Shown here in pieces: positions 11,604-22,533 of a stretch of 38,533 bases of DNA; positions within the stretch are counted from its first letter, which is position 1, and each line of letters opens with the position of its first letter. Origin of the DNA: Bifidobacterium breve (GTDB lineage: Bacteria; Actinomycetota; Actinomycetes; Mycobacteriales; Mycobacteriaceae); contig CAMCWJ010000001.1 of assembly GCA_945882475.1 (NCBI GenBank), positions 1-38,533 of the forward strand. The letters run 5' to 3'. Position numbers and translations under genes: made by a program. The notes under the pieces are model-generated. The model worked only from the letters and a program-made list of their open reading frames with translations. It made no database searches and was not told where the DNA came from.

Positions 11604-12029
11604 CTAGCTGTCCCAGCGCCGGAAACCGGACTTCTCGGCGCTCTCCTCATCGGCAAACCACACCTCGGCCTCGATTCCGTCGTAATCGGGGCTCGCGGTC
11701 GTGAAGTACCGCATGGTGTCCTTGTCGCCCTTAACGGTGTAGCCGGCCGGGCCGGAAACGCGGGTGTGCGCGACCACCCGGTGCGCTACATCAACCTTCT
11801 CCGCGACGACGCGTTCGACGACATCAACCTTCTCCGCGACGACGCGTTCGGTCGTGGCCACCTTGGTTGCAGCGCCAGCGGCGACCGCCGCGCCCGCGGC
11901 GGTCATCGTGCCCGCGACCGTATGGGTAACCGGGACCTCCCGGGTGACCTTGCGGATGGTCAGGGCCAGGGTGAGCAACAGTCCGAGCAGGAAGGACAGC
12001 GTCATCAGCCACCAGTTCACGTCGCGCAT
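11604..12029 (-). CDS. arfC: ArfC (Rv0901-like) membrane protein
   Basis: N-terminus MRDVNWWLMTLSFLLGLLLTLAL and C-terminus VKG...YFT...Y...AEVWF.DEESA...GF match Rv0901. TGATG overlap with arfB. Confidence 0.85.
   Translation of the reverse strand: MRDVNWWLMTLSFLLGLLLTLALTIRKVTREVPVTHTVAGTMTAAGAAVAAGAATKVATTERVVAEKVDVVERVVAEKVDVAHRVVAHTRVSGPAGYTVKGDKDTMRYFTTASPDYDGIEAEVWFADEESAEKSGFRRWDS
11788..11850. repeat. 33-bp-period in-frame duplication in arfC
   Basis: acatcaaccttctccgcgacgacgcgttcg is exact at 11788-11817 and 11821-11850 (ERVVAEKVDV twice). Confidence 0.9.
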
Positions 12030-12181
12030 CACCGTCCTCCGATCTCACGAGAGCCGGGTAGGTCGGCGATGGCCTCTTCCCTGCTGGTACGGCTCACGGT
12101 CAGAACCGCGATCAGCCACGCGACCGCAGAGCCGGCCAGAAAGGCCACCAGGTACCACAACCACTGAACGATGAATCCCAT
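12029..12181 (-). CDS. arfB: ArfB (Rv0900-like), 50-aa membrane protein
   Basis: Below the ORF-track cutoff. Translated by hand: MGFIVQWLWYLVAFLAGSAVAWLIAVLTVSRTSREEAIADLPGSREIGGR. An AGGAG RBS overlaps the arfA stop. Confidence 0.88.
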   Translation of the reverse strand: MGFIVQWLWYLVAFLAGSAVAWLIAVLTVSRTSREEAIADLPGSREIGGR

Positions 12182-12191
12182 CTCGATACTC

Positions 12192-13142
12192 CTAGCTCAC
12201 CGTGATCTCGACGCGGCGGTTCTGAGCCCGACCGGCCGCGGTGTCGTTGCTGGCGACCGGGCTCGATGCGCCGAGCCCCTCGGTAGTAACCGCTTGCGCC
12301 GAAACTCCCTGGGCCACAAGGTAATCGCCGACAGCCTTCGCTCGCCGTTCGCTCAGCGGGATGTTGGTCGCATCGCTCGCGGTGTTGTCGGTGTAGCCCG
12401 TGACGGTGATCCGGGCATCCGGGCATCCCTTGATCGCGTTGGCAACAGCTGACAGCATCGCCGACGACGACGGTGCGAGCGTCGCGTTAGCGGTTCCGAA
12501 ATGGACCGGAGCATTCATCGCCGAGGTGATATCGGCCTGGAGATTCTCGCAGGAACCGGTGGCCGCGGCCTTGACATCGATGTTGTTGACGATCTGGACG
12601 TTCGGCCACGCGGCCTTCGCGGCGTCCTCGACTGCAGCCCTGACTTCGTCGCTGGGTGCGGTCCCGGCCAGGGTCAGGGTGGGACCTTCGATGGTGAACC
12701 CGAAGTCGGGAATGGCGTCGGCGGCCTTGAGCAACCCGCCGACCTCGGCGAGATCCGGGGCGCTCACCGCGGACTTGATCTCGATTTTGTCGATCAGATT
12801 GACGTCTGAGCCGAGGGCGGCCTTCATCGATTCCAGCAGGCTGTTCTTCACCGACAGATCGGGCAGGATCCCCGAGAGCGTGAAGTCATTGCCGTTGCGC
12901 AAGATCGACACCGGAGCGAAGTTCAGGGCCGGCAGGGACACACTGGGCGCGGTCGCACTGATGCTCGGCGCACTGATGTTGACCTCTGGCTTCAGAGATC
13001 CCCAACCAAGCCAACCGAACAGCAGAGGGATCAGCAACAGGCCCAGCAACCAGCCCCAACCGGGTGAGCTTCGATAAAATCGCGACTTAGTGCGCCATTC
13101 GGTTGCCGTCGCGCTCACGCGCTCGTCATCGGAACCCGTCAT
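12192..13142 (-). CDS. arfA: ArfA/OmpATb (Rv0899): TM helix, BON domains and OmpA-C peptidoglycan-binding domain
   Basis: GYTDN, LSERRA and RAQNRRVEI OmpA motifs; paired Cys; GGAGGAGG RBS before ATG 13142. Confidence 0.9.
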   Translation of the reverse strand: MTGSDDERVSATATEWRTKSRFYRSSPGWGWLLGLLLIPLLFGWLGWGSLKPEVNISAPSISATAPSVSLPALNFAPVSILRNGNDFTLSGILPDLSVKNSLLESMKAALGSDVNLIDKIEIKSAVSAPDLAEVGGLLKAADAIPDFGFTIEGPTLTLAGTAPSDEVRAAVEDAAKAAWPNVQIVNNIDVKAAATGSCENLQADITSAMNAPVHFGTANATLAPSSSAMLSAVANAIKGCPDARITVTGYTDNTASDATNIPLSERRAKAVGDYLVAQGVSAQAVTTEGLGASSPVASNDTAAGRAQNRRVEITVS

Positions 13143-13223
13143 CGGTTTCCTCCTCCGCCCATCTGAGGCGCCCACGTCAGGCGCTCCTTACGGTGTGAAC
13201 CGGACAGACGTTACGACATCCCC

Positions 13224-13586
13224 TCAGTGGGTGGCCAGCAGGTCGATGACGAAAACGAGCGTCTTACCGGAGAGCCGATGACCGCCACCGACCGGCCCGT
13301 AGGCCTGCTCAGGCGGAATGACGAGCTGCCGGCGACCGCCTACCCGCATACCCGGGATGCCGTCCTGCCAGCCCTGGATGAGGCCGCGCAGCGGGAACGA
13401 GATCGATTCGCCCCGGTTCCACGAGCTGTCGAACTCCTCGCCGGTGTCGTACTCGATACCCACGTAGTGGACGTCCACGGTCGCGCCCGGCGTCGCCTCG
13501 GCGCCCTCGCCCACGACCAGATCAGTGATGACCAGCTCGCTTGGCGGCGGGCCATCCGGGAATTCGATTTCGGGTTTGGTGCTCAC
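13224..13586 (-). CDS. FKBP-type peptidyl-prolyl cis-trans isomerase
   Basis: VHYVG, FDSSW, LIQGWQDGIPGMRVGGRR and PEQAYG motifs. GTG at 13586 lies 7 nt after TACGGT. Confidence 0.92.
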   Translation of the reverse strand: MSTKPEIEFPDGPPPSELVITDLVVGEGAEATPGATVDVHYVGIEYDTGEEFDSSWNRGESISFPLRGLIQGWQDGIPGMRVGGRRQLVIPPEQAYGPVGGGHRLSGKTLVFVIDLLATH

Positions 13587-13666
13587 CGCACCCACCGTAG
13601 TGCCCGGCGGCGGTTCTTGCGCAGCCCGGGCAGGGCAGTCAGGCAGAGGCCCGGGCCGGACTGTTG

Positions 13667-14959
13667 CTAGCGGCCGCCGAGATTGATGTAGTCGCGTTCG
13701 GTGTAGCCGGTGTAGATCTGGCGCGGTCGGCCGATCTTATTGGGCTCCTCATGCATCTCTCGCCAGTGCGCGATCCAGCCCGGGAGTCGGCCGAGCGCGA
13801 ACAGCACGGTGAACATCCGGGTCGGGAAGCCGATCGCCCGGTAAATCAGGCCGGTGTAGAAGTCGACGTTCGGGTACAGCTTGCGCTCGACGAAGTAGTC
13901 GTCGGTCAGCGCCGCCTCCTCGAGGGCCTTGGCGATGTCGAGCAGTTCGTCGTCGCCGCCGAGCTTGCTCAGGATCTTGTCGGCCTGCTCCTTGACGATG
14001 CGCGCCCGGGGGTCGTAGTTCTTGTACACCCGGTGACCGAAGCCCATGAGTTTGACGCCGTCCTCGCGGTTCTTGACTTTGCGGACGAATTCGCGCACAT
14101 CCGCGCCATCGGACCGGATGCTCTCCAGCATCTCCAGCACCGACTGGTTGGCACCGCCGTGCAGCGGACCCCACAGCGCGTTGATGCCACCGGAGATCGA
14201 GGTGAACAGATTCGCCTGGGACGAGCCGACCAATCGGACCGTCGACGTGGAGCAGTTCTGTTCGTGATCGGCGTGCAGGATCAGCAGCATGTCCAGCGCC
14301 CGAACGATTTCCGGGTCGCACTCGTAAGGCTCGGCGGGAAGCCCAAAGGTCATCCGCAGGAAGTTCTCCACCAGGCTCATCGAATTGTCCGGGTACAGGA
14401 ACGGCTGGCCGACCGACTTCTTGTAGGCGTAGGCCGCGATAGTGGGCAGCTTCGCCAGCAGCCGGATGGTCGACAACTCCACCTGGTCATGGTCCAGCGG
14501 ATCCAGCGAGTCCTGGTAGTAGGCGCTGAGGGCGTTGACCGCACTGGACAGCACCGGCATGGGGTGCGCGTTGCGCGGGAAACCGTCGAAGAACCGCTTG
14601 AGATCCTCGTGCAGCATGGTGTGGCGCTGGATCTGGGTGGTGAACGCGGCCAACTGCTCCGAGGTGGGCAACTCGCCGTAGATGAGCAGGTAGCTCACTT
14701 CGATGAAGGTCGACTTCTCGGCCAGCTGTTCAATCGGGTATCCCCGATAGCGGAGGATCCCGGCGTCACCGTCGATATAGGTGATGGCGCTCTTGGTCGC
14801 CGCGGTGTTCACGAAGCCCTGGTCAAAGGTCGTGTAGCCAGTCTTGGCGAGCAACGGGCCCAGCGCGATCCCGTCCGAGCCCTCCGTCGCGTGGACGATC
14901 TCCAGGTCAAGCTCCCCGCCCGGGTAGCGGAGGGTGGCGGTGTCGTCGGTTGCGGCCAC
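13667..14959 (-). CDS. gltA2: Citrate synthase GltA2
   Basis: [27 protein letters not shown] and YPNVDFY motifs; GAAGGGG RBS. Confidence 0.96.
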   Translation of the reverse strand: MAATDDTATLRYPGGELDLEIVHATEGSDGIALGPLLAKTGYTTFDQGFVNTAATKSAITYIDGDAGILRYRGYPIEQLAEKSTFIEVSYLLIYGELPTSEQLAAFTTQIQRHTMLHEDLKRFFDGFPRNAHPMPVLSSAVNALSAYYQDSLDPLDHDQVELSTIRLLAKLPTIAAYAYKKSVGQPFLYPDNSMSLVENFLRMTFGLPAEPYECDPEIVRALDMLLILHADHEQNCSTSTVRLVGSSQANLFTSISGGINALWGPLHGGANQSVLEMLESIRSDGADVREFVRKVKNREDGVKLMGFGHRVYKNYDPRARIVKEQADKILSKLGGDDELLDIAKALEEAALTDDYFVERKLYPNVDFYTGLIYRAIGFPTRMFTVLFALGRLPGWIAHWREMHEEPNKIGRPRQIYTGYTERDYINLGGR

Positions 14960-15046
14960 TTCAACCCCTTCTTGCGCATTCGACGGCGCTCACTGGCGGT
15001 CCGTCCCCTCGGTCACGCTACTGCGCGTCCTCAGTGAAACTAGTCG

Positions 15047-15721
15047 CTATCGTCCGGGCTCGCCCGATGGGGTGCGGTCGAGGGTTCGCCAGGGCCGCCA
15101 CAGCCGGGTGAAAACCGCGTACGTCTCCTCGATCCGGTCAGCGACGACCCCCGGGGCCCCGACGTCGGTCCCGGGGTTGCCGAGGGCGGCCGCCATCAGC
15201 ACCGCCCAGGTGTCGAGAACGATGCGAACCTCGGGCGCATCCACCGGCAAACCCATCCGGTCGGCCACGGCGGCCACGGTGGCGCGGGTCGGGCCGTCAG
15301 GCCGGAATGTGAACGAGGCCAATCCGAGCATCGGCGAGGCGTTGACGATCCGCAGGAATCCACTGACCCGGTCGAACGACATCGCTCCGGGCTCGCGGCA
15401 CTCGGCGGCCCGGAACACCTCGACGTGAGCCGACACCAGCGCCTCGTGTTCGGTGATGGCATGGGACTGGCGGGCGAGTGCTTTGGCGACCTGCTCCGAG
15501 GTTTCCTCGATCAGCGCCCCGATCACCGCCTCCTTGTTCGGGAAGTAGCGGCTGAACGTACGCGGCGAGACCTCCGCGGCTCCGGCGATCTGATCCACCG
15601 TGGTGTTCTCGTAGCCCTGCTGGGCACACAGCCGGGTCGCGACGTCGACCAGCGTGGCACGCGTTCGCAGCTTCTTGCGTTCGCGAAGGCCCAGGGCATC
15701 CGCCGCCACGTGGTCGGCCAC
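15047..15721 (-). CDS. TetR-family transcriptional regulator
   Basis: GLRERKK...TTVDQIAGAAEVSPRTFSRYFPNKE helix-turn-helix; TACCAT 7 nt upstream of the GTG. Confidence 0.9.
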   Translation of the reverse strand: MADHVAADALGLRERKKLRTRATLVDVATRLCAQQGYENTTVDQIAGAAEVSPRTFSRYFPNKEAVIGALIEETSEQVAKALARQSHAITEHEALVSAHVEVFRAAECREPGAMSFDRVSGFLRIVNASPMLGLASFTFRPDGPTRATVAAVADRMGLPVDAPEVRIVLDTWAVLMAAALGNPGTDVGAPGVVADRIEETYAVFTRLWRPWRTLDRTPSGEPGR

Positions 15722-15796
15722 GAGCCCAATGGTAGGCGCTGCAGGTCAGCCGCGCCGGGCCGGTAGCGCAGGAAGACCGGCGCCGCCGCCGATCGC

Positions 15797-16477
15797 TTAG
15801 GGCTGCAACCGCTCGACGTGTCCGGGGTCGCCCGTCGTCACCCGAATCCGGTTGTGGATTCGGTTCTCCCGGCCCTGCCAGAACTCGACGACTTCCGCGG
15901 TGATGCGGTACCCGCCCCAGTGCGGCGGGACCGGCACCTGATCCTGGTCGGCGAACCGCTCGGTCACCTGCTCCAGTTGCGCGACCAGTTCGGCGCGCGA
16001 GCCGATCGGACGGGACTGTGCCGACGCCCAGGCACCCAGCTGCGATCCGCGCGGGCGCCGGGACCAGTAAAGCGCGGTCTCCGCCGGGCTCACCTTCTCG
16101 ACGGCCCCCCGGACGTGCACCTGTCGGCCCAGGGCGTACCACGGAAACGTCACCGAGGCGTACGGGGTGGTCTCCAGATCGGCGCCCTTGGCTGAGTCGT
16201 AGTTGGTGTAGAACGTGACCCCGGCGTCATCGACGTTCTTGCACAACACCGTTCGGGTGACCGGTCGGCCTGCCTGCACGGTGGCCAGCACCATCGCGTT
16301 GGGTTCGGCAACACCGGCCTGCTCGGCCTCGTCGAACCACTTGTGCAGCAACGACACCCACCCCTCGGCGAGCCAGTCGACGTCGAGGTCGCTGCTGCCG
16401 TCCTTCTCTACCGAGCCATACTCCGTGCGCATCGCCGCGAGGCGCTCGCCCGGTGCCGGTCCTCCGTGATCAGCCAC
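15797..16477 (-). CDS. pdxH: Pyridoxamine 5'-phosphate oxidase
   Basis: [22 protein letters not shown] and [13 protein letters not shown] motifs. Confidence 0.95.
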   Translation of the reverse strand: MADHGGPAPGERLAAMRTEYGSVEKDGSSDLDVDWLAEGWVSLLHKWFDEAEQAGVAEPNAMVLATVQAGRPVTRTVLCKNVDDAGVTFYTNYDSAKGADLETTPYASVTFPWYALGRQVHVRGAVEKVSPAETALYWSRRPRGSQLGAWASAQSRPIGSRAELVAQLEQVTERFADQDQVPVPPHWGGYRITAEVVEFWQGRENRIHNRIRVTTGDPGHVERLQP

Positions 16478-16549
16478 CCGATCAACCTACGCCGTTGCCC
16501 GCGTCGGCCGGTGGCCGCAGGTCCGCGCCGGGGTGGGAGAATTCCGGTC

Positions 16550-17668
16550 ATGACTGTCCTACCGGACGACTTCGTGCCCGGCCTCGAAGGTGTGGTCGCC
16601 TTTACCACCGAGATCGCCGAACCGGACCGCGACGGCGGGGCGCTGCGCTACCGGGGCGTGGATATCACCGACCTCGTCGACCGGCGGGTCACCTTTGGGG
16701 ACGCCTGGGCACTGTTGGTAGACGGACGTTTCGGCGACGGACTGGCACCCGCCGAACCGTTCCCGCTGCCGATCCACAGTGGCGATGTCCGGGTGGACGT
16801 GCAGGCCGGACTAGCCATGCTGGCGCCGATCTGGGGCTACCGGCCGCTGCTGGACATCGACGACGAGACCGCACGCGATCAACTGGCCCGGTCATCGGTG
16901 ATGGCGCTGTCCTACGTCGCCCAGTCGGCCCGCGGGATTCACCAGCCCGCCGTCTCGCAACGGGTGATCGACGAATGCTCAACGGTCACAGAGCGTTTCA
17001 TGACACGCTGGCAGGGCGATCCTGACCCACGACACGTGGAAGCCATCGATGCCTACTGGGTCTCCGCGGCCGAGCACGGGATGAACGCCTCAACGTTCAC
17101 CGCGCGGGTGATCGCGTCCACCGGTGCCGATGTGGCCGCTGCCCTCTCTGGTGCGATCGGGGCGATGAGCGGGCCGTTGCACGGCGGAGCCCCGGCCCGG
17201 GTGATCCCGATGATCGAGGAGACTGAGCGGGGCGGCGATGCGGCCGCGGTGGTCCGCGGCATCCTGGACCGCCACGAGAAGTTGATGGGCTTCGGCCACC
17301 GCGTGTACCGAGCCGAGGATCCGCGGGCCCGGGTCCTACGGGCCACCGCCAAACGGCTGAACGCGCCACGCTACGAGGCCGCCGCCGCACTCGAACAGGC
17401 CGCCCTCGCCGAGTTGCGAGAACGCCGGCCGGACCGCGCCATCGAGACCAACGTCGAGTTCTGGGCCGCCGTCATCCTGGACTTCGCCGCAGTGCCGCCG
17501 AAGATGATGCCGGCCATGTTCACCTGTGGACGCACCGCGGGCTGGTGCGCCCACATCCTCGAGCAGAAAAGGCTGGGCAAGCTGATCCGCCCGGCCGCGT
17601 TCTACGTCGGCCCGGCCCCCCGCTCACCGGAGTCCGTATCCGGATGGGACGAGATCGCGCACGCCTGA
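16550..17668 (+). CDS. citA: Citrate synthase 2, CitA
   Basis: MTVLPDDFVPGLEGVVAF, AEHGMNAST, GPLHGGA and MGFGHRVY motifs. ATG at 16550. Confidence 0.93.
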   Translation: MTVLPDDFVPGLEGVVAFTTEIAEPDRDGGALRYRGVDITDLVDRRVTFGDAWALLVDGRFGDGLAPAEPFPLPIHSGDVRVDVQAGLAMLAPIWGYRPLLDIDDETARDQLARSSVMALSYVAQSARGIHQPAVSQRVIDECSTVTERFMTRWQGDPDPRHVEAIDAYWVSAAEHGMNASTFTARVIASTGADVAAALSGAIGAMSGPLHGGAPARVIPMIEETERGGDAAAVVRGILDRHEKLMGFGHRVYRAEDPRARVLRATAKRLNAPRYEAAAALEQAALAELRERRPDRAIETNVEFWAAVILDFAAVPPKMMPAMFTCGRTAGWCAHILEQKRLGKLIRPAAFYVGPAPRSPESVSGWDEIAHA

Positions 17669-17688
17669 GCCGATCGGGTCAGCGGAAA

Positions 17689-19374
17689 CTACCGGTTTGT
17701 GCGGCCGAACCTCAGCGCGAACCTGCCTCTGCTCGGCGCGCTGCGAGCGGCGGCAACCAGATCCGACACCGCGGTGAACTTGACCCGGGGCCGCCCGGCG
17801 GCCGCGCCGCGTCCGGTTTCGGCGGCGTCGATGGCCCGCCACCCGGCAACGTCGACCAAGTCGGGTTGGCGGGTGCGGACCAGCCGATCAAGGGCGCCCG
17901 GCCGGGCCGCGGGGTCAACGAGCAACCCGGCGTTGAAGTCCTCGACCAGGTTGGCGGCGGTCACCATCGAGCAGGACTTGTTGGTGCCGATGAACCCGGT
18001 GGGCCCGCGCTTAATCCAGCCTGCGACGTAGGTGCCGGGCATCGGCAGGCCGGTGGCGGGATCGATGACGCGGCCGTCGGAATTGGGTACCACCGCCGCC
18101 TTCTCGTCGAACGGCAGGCTCGGAACCGCCGCCCCCCGATAGCCGATCGACGTCAGCACCAGACCGGCGTCAAGGGTCACCGTTCCGGTGCCGTCGGAAC
18201 GGCTGAACTCGATGCCGGAGGTTCGGGCGGTACCGAGGATCCGCCGCGGAGTTAACCCGTAGGCGAGCCGGATTCGCGGTCCGGGTGCCGGTGCGGCCGC
18301 GTCAGGCAACCCGGCCAGGATCCGCAGCTTGGCCGCCGCTGCGGTATCGCCGACAGTGCTGAGGTCACGCAGCACCAGGTCCCGGTCGGCGGCGTCGATG
18401 ACGACGTCGGCGGTGCCGGTCAGGCCGATCAACTCGGGCAGCGTGAACGCGGAGTCGGCCGGGCCACGGCGGGCCGCGACGACGACCTCACGCACCGCCG
18501 AACCGCGCAGCGCCCGCAGTGCGGGCTCCGAGATGTCAGTGGCGGCAAGGGTTTCCGGATCGGCGGTCAGGATGCGGGCGACATCGAGTGCGACGTTGCC
18601 GTTGCCGATCACCACCACCCGCGGCTGACTCAGGTCCACGGTGAGGCCGGCGAAGAGCGGGTGGCCGTTGATCCAGGCGACCGTCTCGGTGGCACTGCCG
18701 GTGCCGGGGATGCCCATGCCCTCAATTTCAAGCGTGCGCTCGTTGGGGGCACCGACGGCGTAGAGCACCGCGTGATGGTGCTCTAGGAGATCGGCATGTG
18801 AAAGATGTTTCCCCACTTCGACATTGAGGAAGAAACTGAATCCTCGTCGGCGGCTGATCTTCTCGAAAAGCTCTGTGATGGCCTTGGTGGCCTGATGATC
18901 CGGTGCCACCCCGGCACGCACCAGACCGTACGGGGTGGGCAGTTTGTCGAACACGTTCACCCGCACACCACGTTGGGTGAGCAGTTCGTCAGCGGCGTAC
19001 ATGCCGGCCGGGCCGGACCCCACGACCGCAACCGTCAACGGGGCCCCGCCGGCCCGCACCCGCGGCGCCGGCAGCACCGGCGCCAACTTGGAGGTGGGTG
19101 GCAGTTTCACCCCCGCCGGTCGCGGCGGATAGTGATCGGCGTTGACCGCTACGAAGACCTCCTGCTCGGGCCGCAGGTTGGTGTCGGCCACGATCGCGCC
19201 GACCGGACAGGCACTCACGCACGCCCCGCAGTCCACACAGGCCTGTGGGTCGATGTACAGCATCTCGGTGACCGCGAACCCGGGCTCGTCCGGGGTGGGG
19301 TGGATGCAGTTGACCGGGCAGGCGAAGACACAGGAGGCGTCCCCGCAGCACGATTGGGTTATGACATGCGGCAC
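17689..19374 (-). CDS. fprB: Ferredoxin-fused NADPH:ferredoxin reductase FprB
   Basis: N-terminal Fe-S Cys motifs (CCGDASC...CP and CVDCGACVSACP), then GSGPAG, GNGNVA and GWIKRGPTG. Confidence 0.9.
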   Translation of the reverse strand: MPHVITQSCCGDASCVFACPVNCIHPTPDEPGFAVTEMLYIDPQACVDCGACVSACPVGAIVADTNLRPEQEVFVAVNADHYPPRPAGVKLPPTSKLAPVLPAPRVRAGGAPLTVAVVGSGPAGMYAADELLTQRGVRVNVFDKLPTPYGLVRAGVAPDHQATKAITELFEKISRRRGFSFFLNVEVGKHLSHADLLEHHHAVLYAVGAPNERTLEIEGMGIPGTGSATETVAWINGHPLFAGLTVDLSQPRVVVIGNGNVALDVARILTADPETLAATDISEPALRALRGSAVREVVVAARRGPADSAFTLPELIGLTGTADVVIDAADRDLVLRDLSTVGDTAAAAKLRILAGLPDAAAPAPGPRIRLAYGLTPRRILGTARTSGIEFSRSDGTGTVTLDAGLVLTSIGYRGAAVPSLPFDEKAAVVPNSDGRVIDPATGLPMPGTYVAGWIKRGPTGFIGTNKSCSMVTAANLVEDFNAGLLVDPAARPGALDRLVRTRQPDLVDVAGWRAIDAAETGRGAAAGRPRVKFTAVSDLVAAARSAPSRGRFALRFGRTNR

Positions 19375-19390
19375 CGCGGGAGTCCGCGGA

Positions 19391-20407
19391 CTAGGCGACG
19401 CCGACGACGTGTCGGCGTTGCGGTTCGCTGCGATACCGGCTGGGCGGGCCGTCGATTTTGCATATCCGCCACATCAACTTCGCCACCGGGTTCATCAACC
19501 CGGTGTCGTAGCAGAGCATCCGGACATCGGCGAACATGTCGCGCAACTCCTGCCGCGAGTCTGGCGCGGCGAAGAACAATTCCTTGCGGACTGCGCGCGG
19601 AATCCCGAACTGCCGGAAGAAACTCCGCGGCGGAACGACGATCGCCTGACACAGCACTCGCATGATGATCGGTACGTGCACCGACAGCAGGAAGCGTTGC
19701 GCGGGGCGCAGTCGCGGCAACCGTTTGCGCAGGTATTCGTGCGCGAATGAGATGTGCCGGGCCTCCTCGGCGACGTGGATCGCCATCACCCGTTCCATCA
19801 CCGGGTGCAGAGCCTTGCCTTCGCGGAGGACGTTCTTCTGGGTGTGGTCGATGGGCTCCTCCCCGGCGAGAACGCCGAAGAAGAACGGAATGGGCAGTGG
19901 TCCGGCGACCAACGGGACGACCGGGGAGAGCCAGCGCAGTAGCCTCGGCATGCCTGGGACGTCGACCCCGATGCGGTTGACCATCTCCTGAAACATCATG
20001 GTGTGGTTGCACTCTTCGACCGATTCGTGCAGGCAGTAGCGGTACTCGGGCGAGCCGTTGGGCATCCAGAACGCGTAGTTCATCAGCCCGCGGATGAGGA
20101 TGGATTCAAAGTGCAGACCGACCTTGGCGACATTGGCCTGCCGCCACTGCCCGATCTCGATCTGCTTGTCGACGCTTTGCGCCCGGTACCACCGGTGCCT
20201 GCCCAGCGGGTCGCTCTGCGGCAGGATCCAGCGTTCATCGGAGGGGATCACGGCGAACTCCGGCGCGTCCCAATCGATGTCGGTGTACGGGTTGAAACTG
20301 CGGCGCACCGAGCCCTCCGAGAGGGTGGTCAGCAGTCCGACGTAGGCGGTGTCGTCACGCACTTCCATGTTCCGGCGCCAGCGCCGAACAATCCGGGTTC
20401 TCGCCAT
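19391..20407 (-). CDS. AurF-family non-heme diiron oxygenase (Rv0885-like)
   Basis: Two ExxH motifs (EECNH, EEARH); AGGAGG RBS before ATG 20407; directly upstream of fprB. Confidence 0.85.
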   Translation of the reverse strand: MARTRIVRRWRRNMEVRDDTAYVGLLTTLSEGSVRRSFNPYTDIDWDAPEFAVIPSDERWILPQSDPLGRHRWYRAQSVDKQIEIGQWRQANVAKVGLHFESILIRGLMNYAFWMPNGSPEYRYCLHESVEECNHTMMFQEMVNRIGVDVPGMPRLLRWLSPVVPLVAGPLPIPFFFGVLAGEEPIDHTQKNVLREGKALHPVMERVMAIHVAEEARHISFAHEYLRKRLPRLRPAQRFLLSVHVPIIMRVLCQAIVVPPRSFFRQFGIPRAVRKELFFAAPDSRQELRDMFADVRMLCYDTGLMNPVAKLMWRICKIDGPPSRYRSEPQRRHVVGVA

Positions 20408-20545
20408 GACAGCCCTCCTACGAGGTTTACACAAAGGTGGTGTATGTCAAAAACCGTACCCCAGTGCACCGGCCCTGTCCACACCCGGTTCGTCGGCCGG
20501 CGGACGGCTCGATTTCGGCTCCGGCCCGCCGACTTCTACCCTTAA

Positions 20546-21670
<1,125 letters not shown>

Positions 21671-21759
21671 ACCCCGCCCTGAACCAGGCCGCGACGTGGG
21701 CGTGTCCTTTTCGTTATGTCATGCGGCGCTGAGTTAGAGTCCGACCGAAGGAGGTCGAC

Positions 21760-22530
21760 ATGCGGGAACTCACACTCATCGGGCTCGATGTCGATGGCAA
21801 GCACATCATCTGCGAGGGTGGCGACCCGTCGGACAAGTTTCTGGTTCGGGTAGACGACCGGCTGCGCGCTGCCGCGCGCGGTGATCGGGTGCGACCGGGT
21901 CAGACCGCGAGAGACAACGAGGGCAGAGGCGTGTTGCGTCCCAAGGATATTCAGGCCCGAATCCGTGCGGGCGCATCGGTTGAAGAAGTCGCCGCGGCGG
22001 CCGGGGTTGACGTGTCCAAGGTTGACCGGTTCGCCCACCCGGTACTGCTGGAGCGCATGCGAGCCGCCGAACTGGCTACCGCAGCCCACCCGGTACTGGC
22101 CAGTGGGCCGGCGGCGGAGACGCTGCTGGAGACCATCGCCGCTGCACTGGGTGCCCGCGGGCTGGGCACCGAGTCGACCACCTGGGATGCCTGGCGCACC
22201 GAGGACGGACGCTGGACGGTTCGGATGGGATGGCAGGCCGGACTGTCGGAGAATTTCGCCCACTTCCGGTTCAGTCCCGGCGCGCACGGCGGCACCGTCA
22301 CCGCGATCGATGAAGCGGCAAGTGAACTCATCGACCCGGATTTCGAACGGCCGCTCCGGCCGGTCGCACCGGTGGCCCAGTTGGAGTTCGAGGAGCAGCC
22401 CGCCCTGATGCCCGCTCCGGCCCAGGACGAGGTACTCGCTGCCCCGGCGACCAAGCGCACCCGACGCAAGCCCACTATTCCGGCCTGGGAGGACGTCCTG
22501 CTCGGGGTGCGTTCCAGCGGCGAACGCTGA
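21760..22530 (+). CDS. sepH: Septation protein SepH (DUF3071, Rv0883c)
   Basis: LRPKDIQARIRAGASVEEVA HTH and C-terminal PAWEDVLLGVR; GAAGGAGG RBS. Confidence 0.9.
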   Translation: MRELTLIGLDVDGKHIICEGGDPSDKFLVRVDDRLRAAARGDRVRPGQTARDNEGRGVLRPKDIQARIRAGASVEEVAAAAGVDVSKVDRFAHPVLLERMRAAELATAAHPVLASGPAAETLLETIAAALGARGLGTESTTWDAWRTEDGRWTVRMGWQAGLSENFAHFRFSPGAHGGTVTAIDEAASELIDPDFERPLRPVAPVAQLEFEEQPALMPAPAQDEVLAAPATKRTRRKPTIPAWEDVLLGVRSSGER

Positions 22531-22533
22531 GCG

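Noticed and set aside
13664-15037. 457-aa plus-strand ORF antisense to gltA2 (similarly 3146-4108, 7526-8494, 9199-10161 and 25836-27287)
   Set aside because: Shadow ORFs produced by high-GC codon bias. They have no motifs and overlap well-supported genes.
13667-17668. Two citrate synthases within 4 kb
   Set aside because: gltA2 and citA close together is the normal mycobacterial arrangement.
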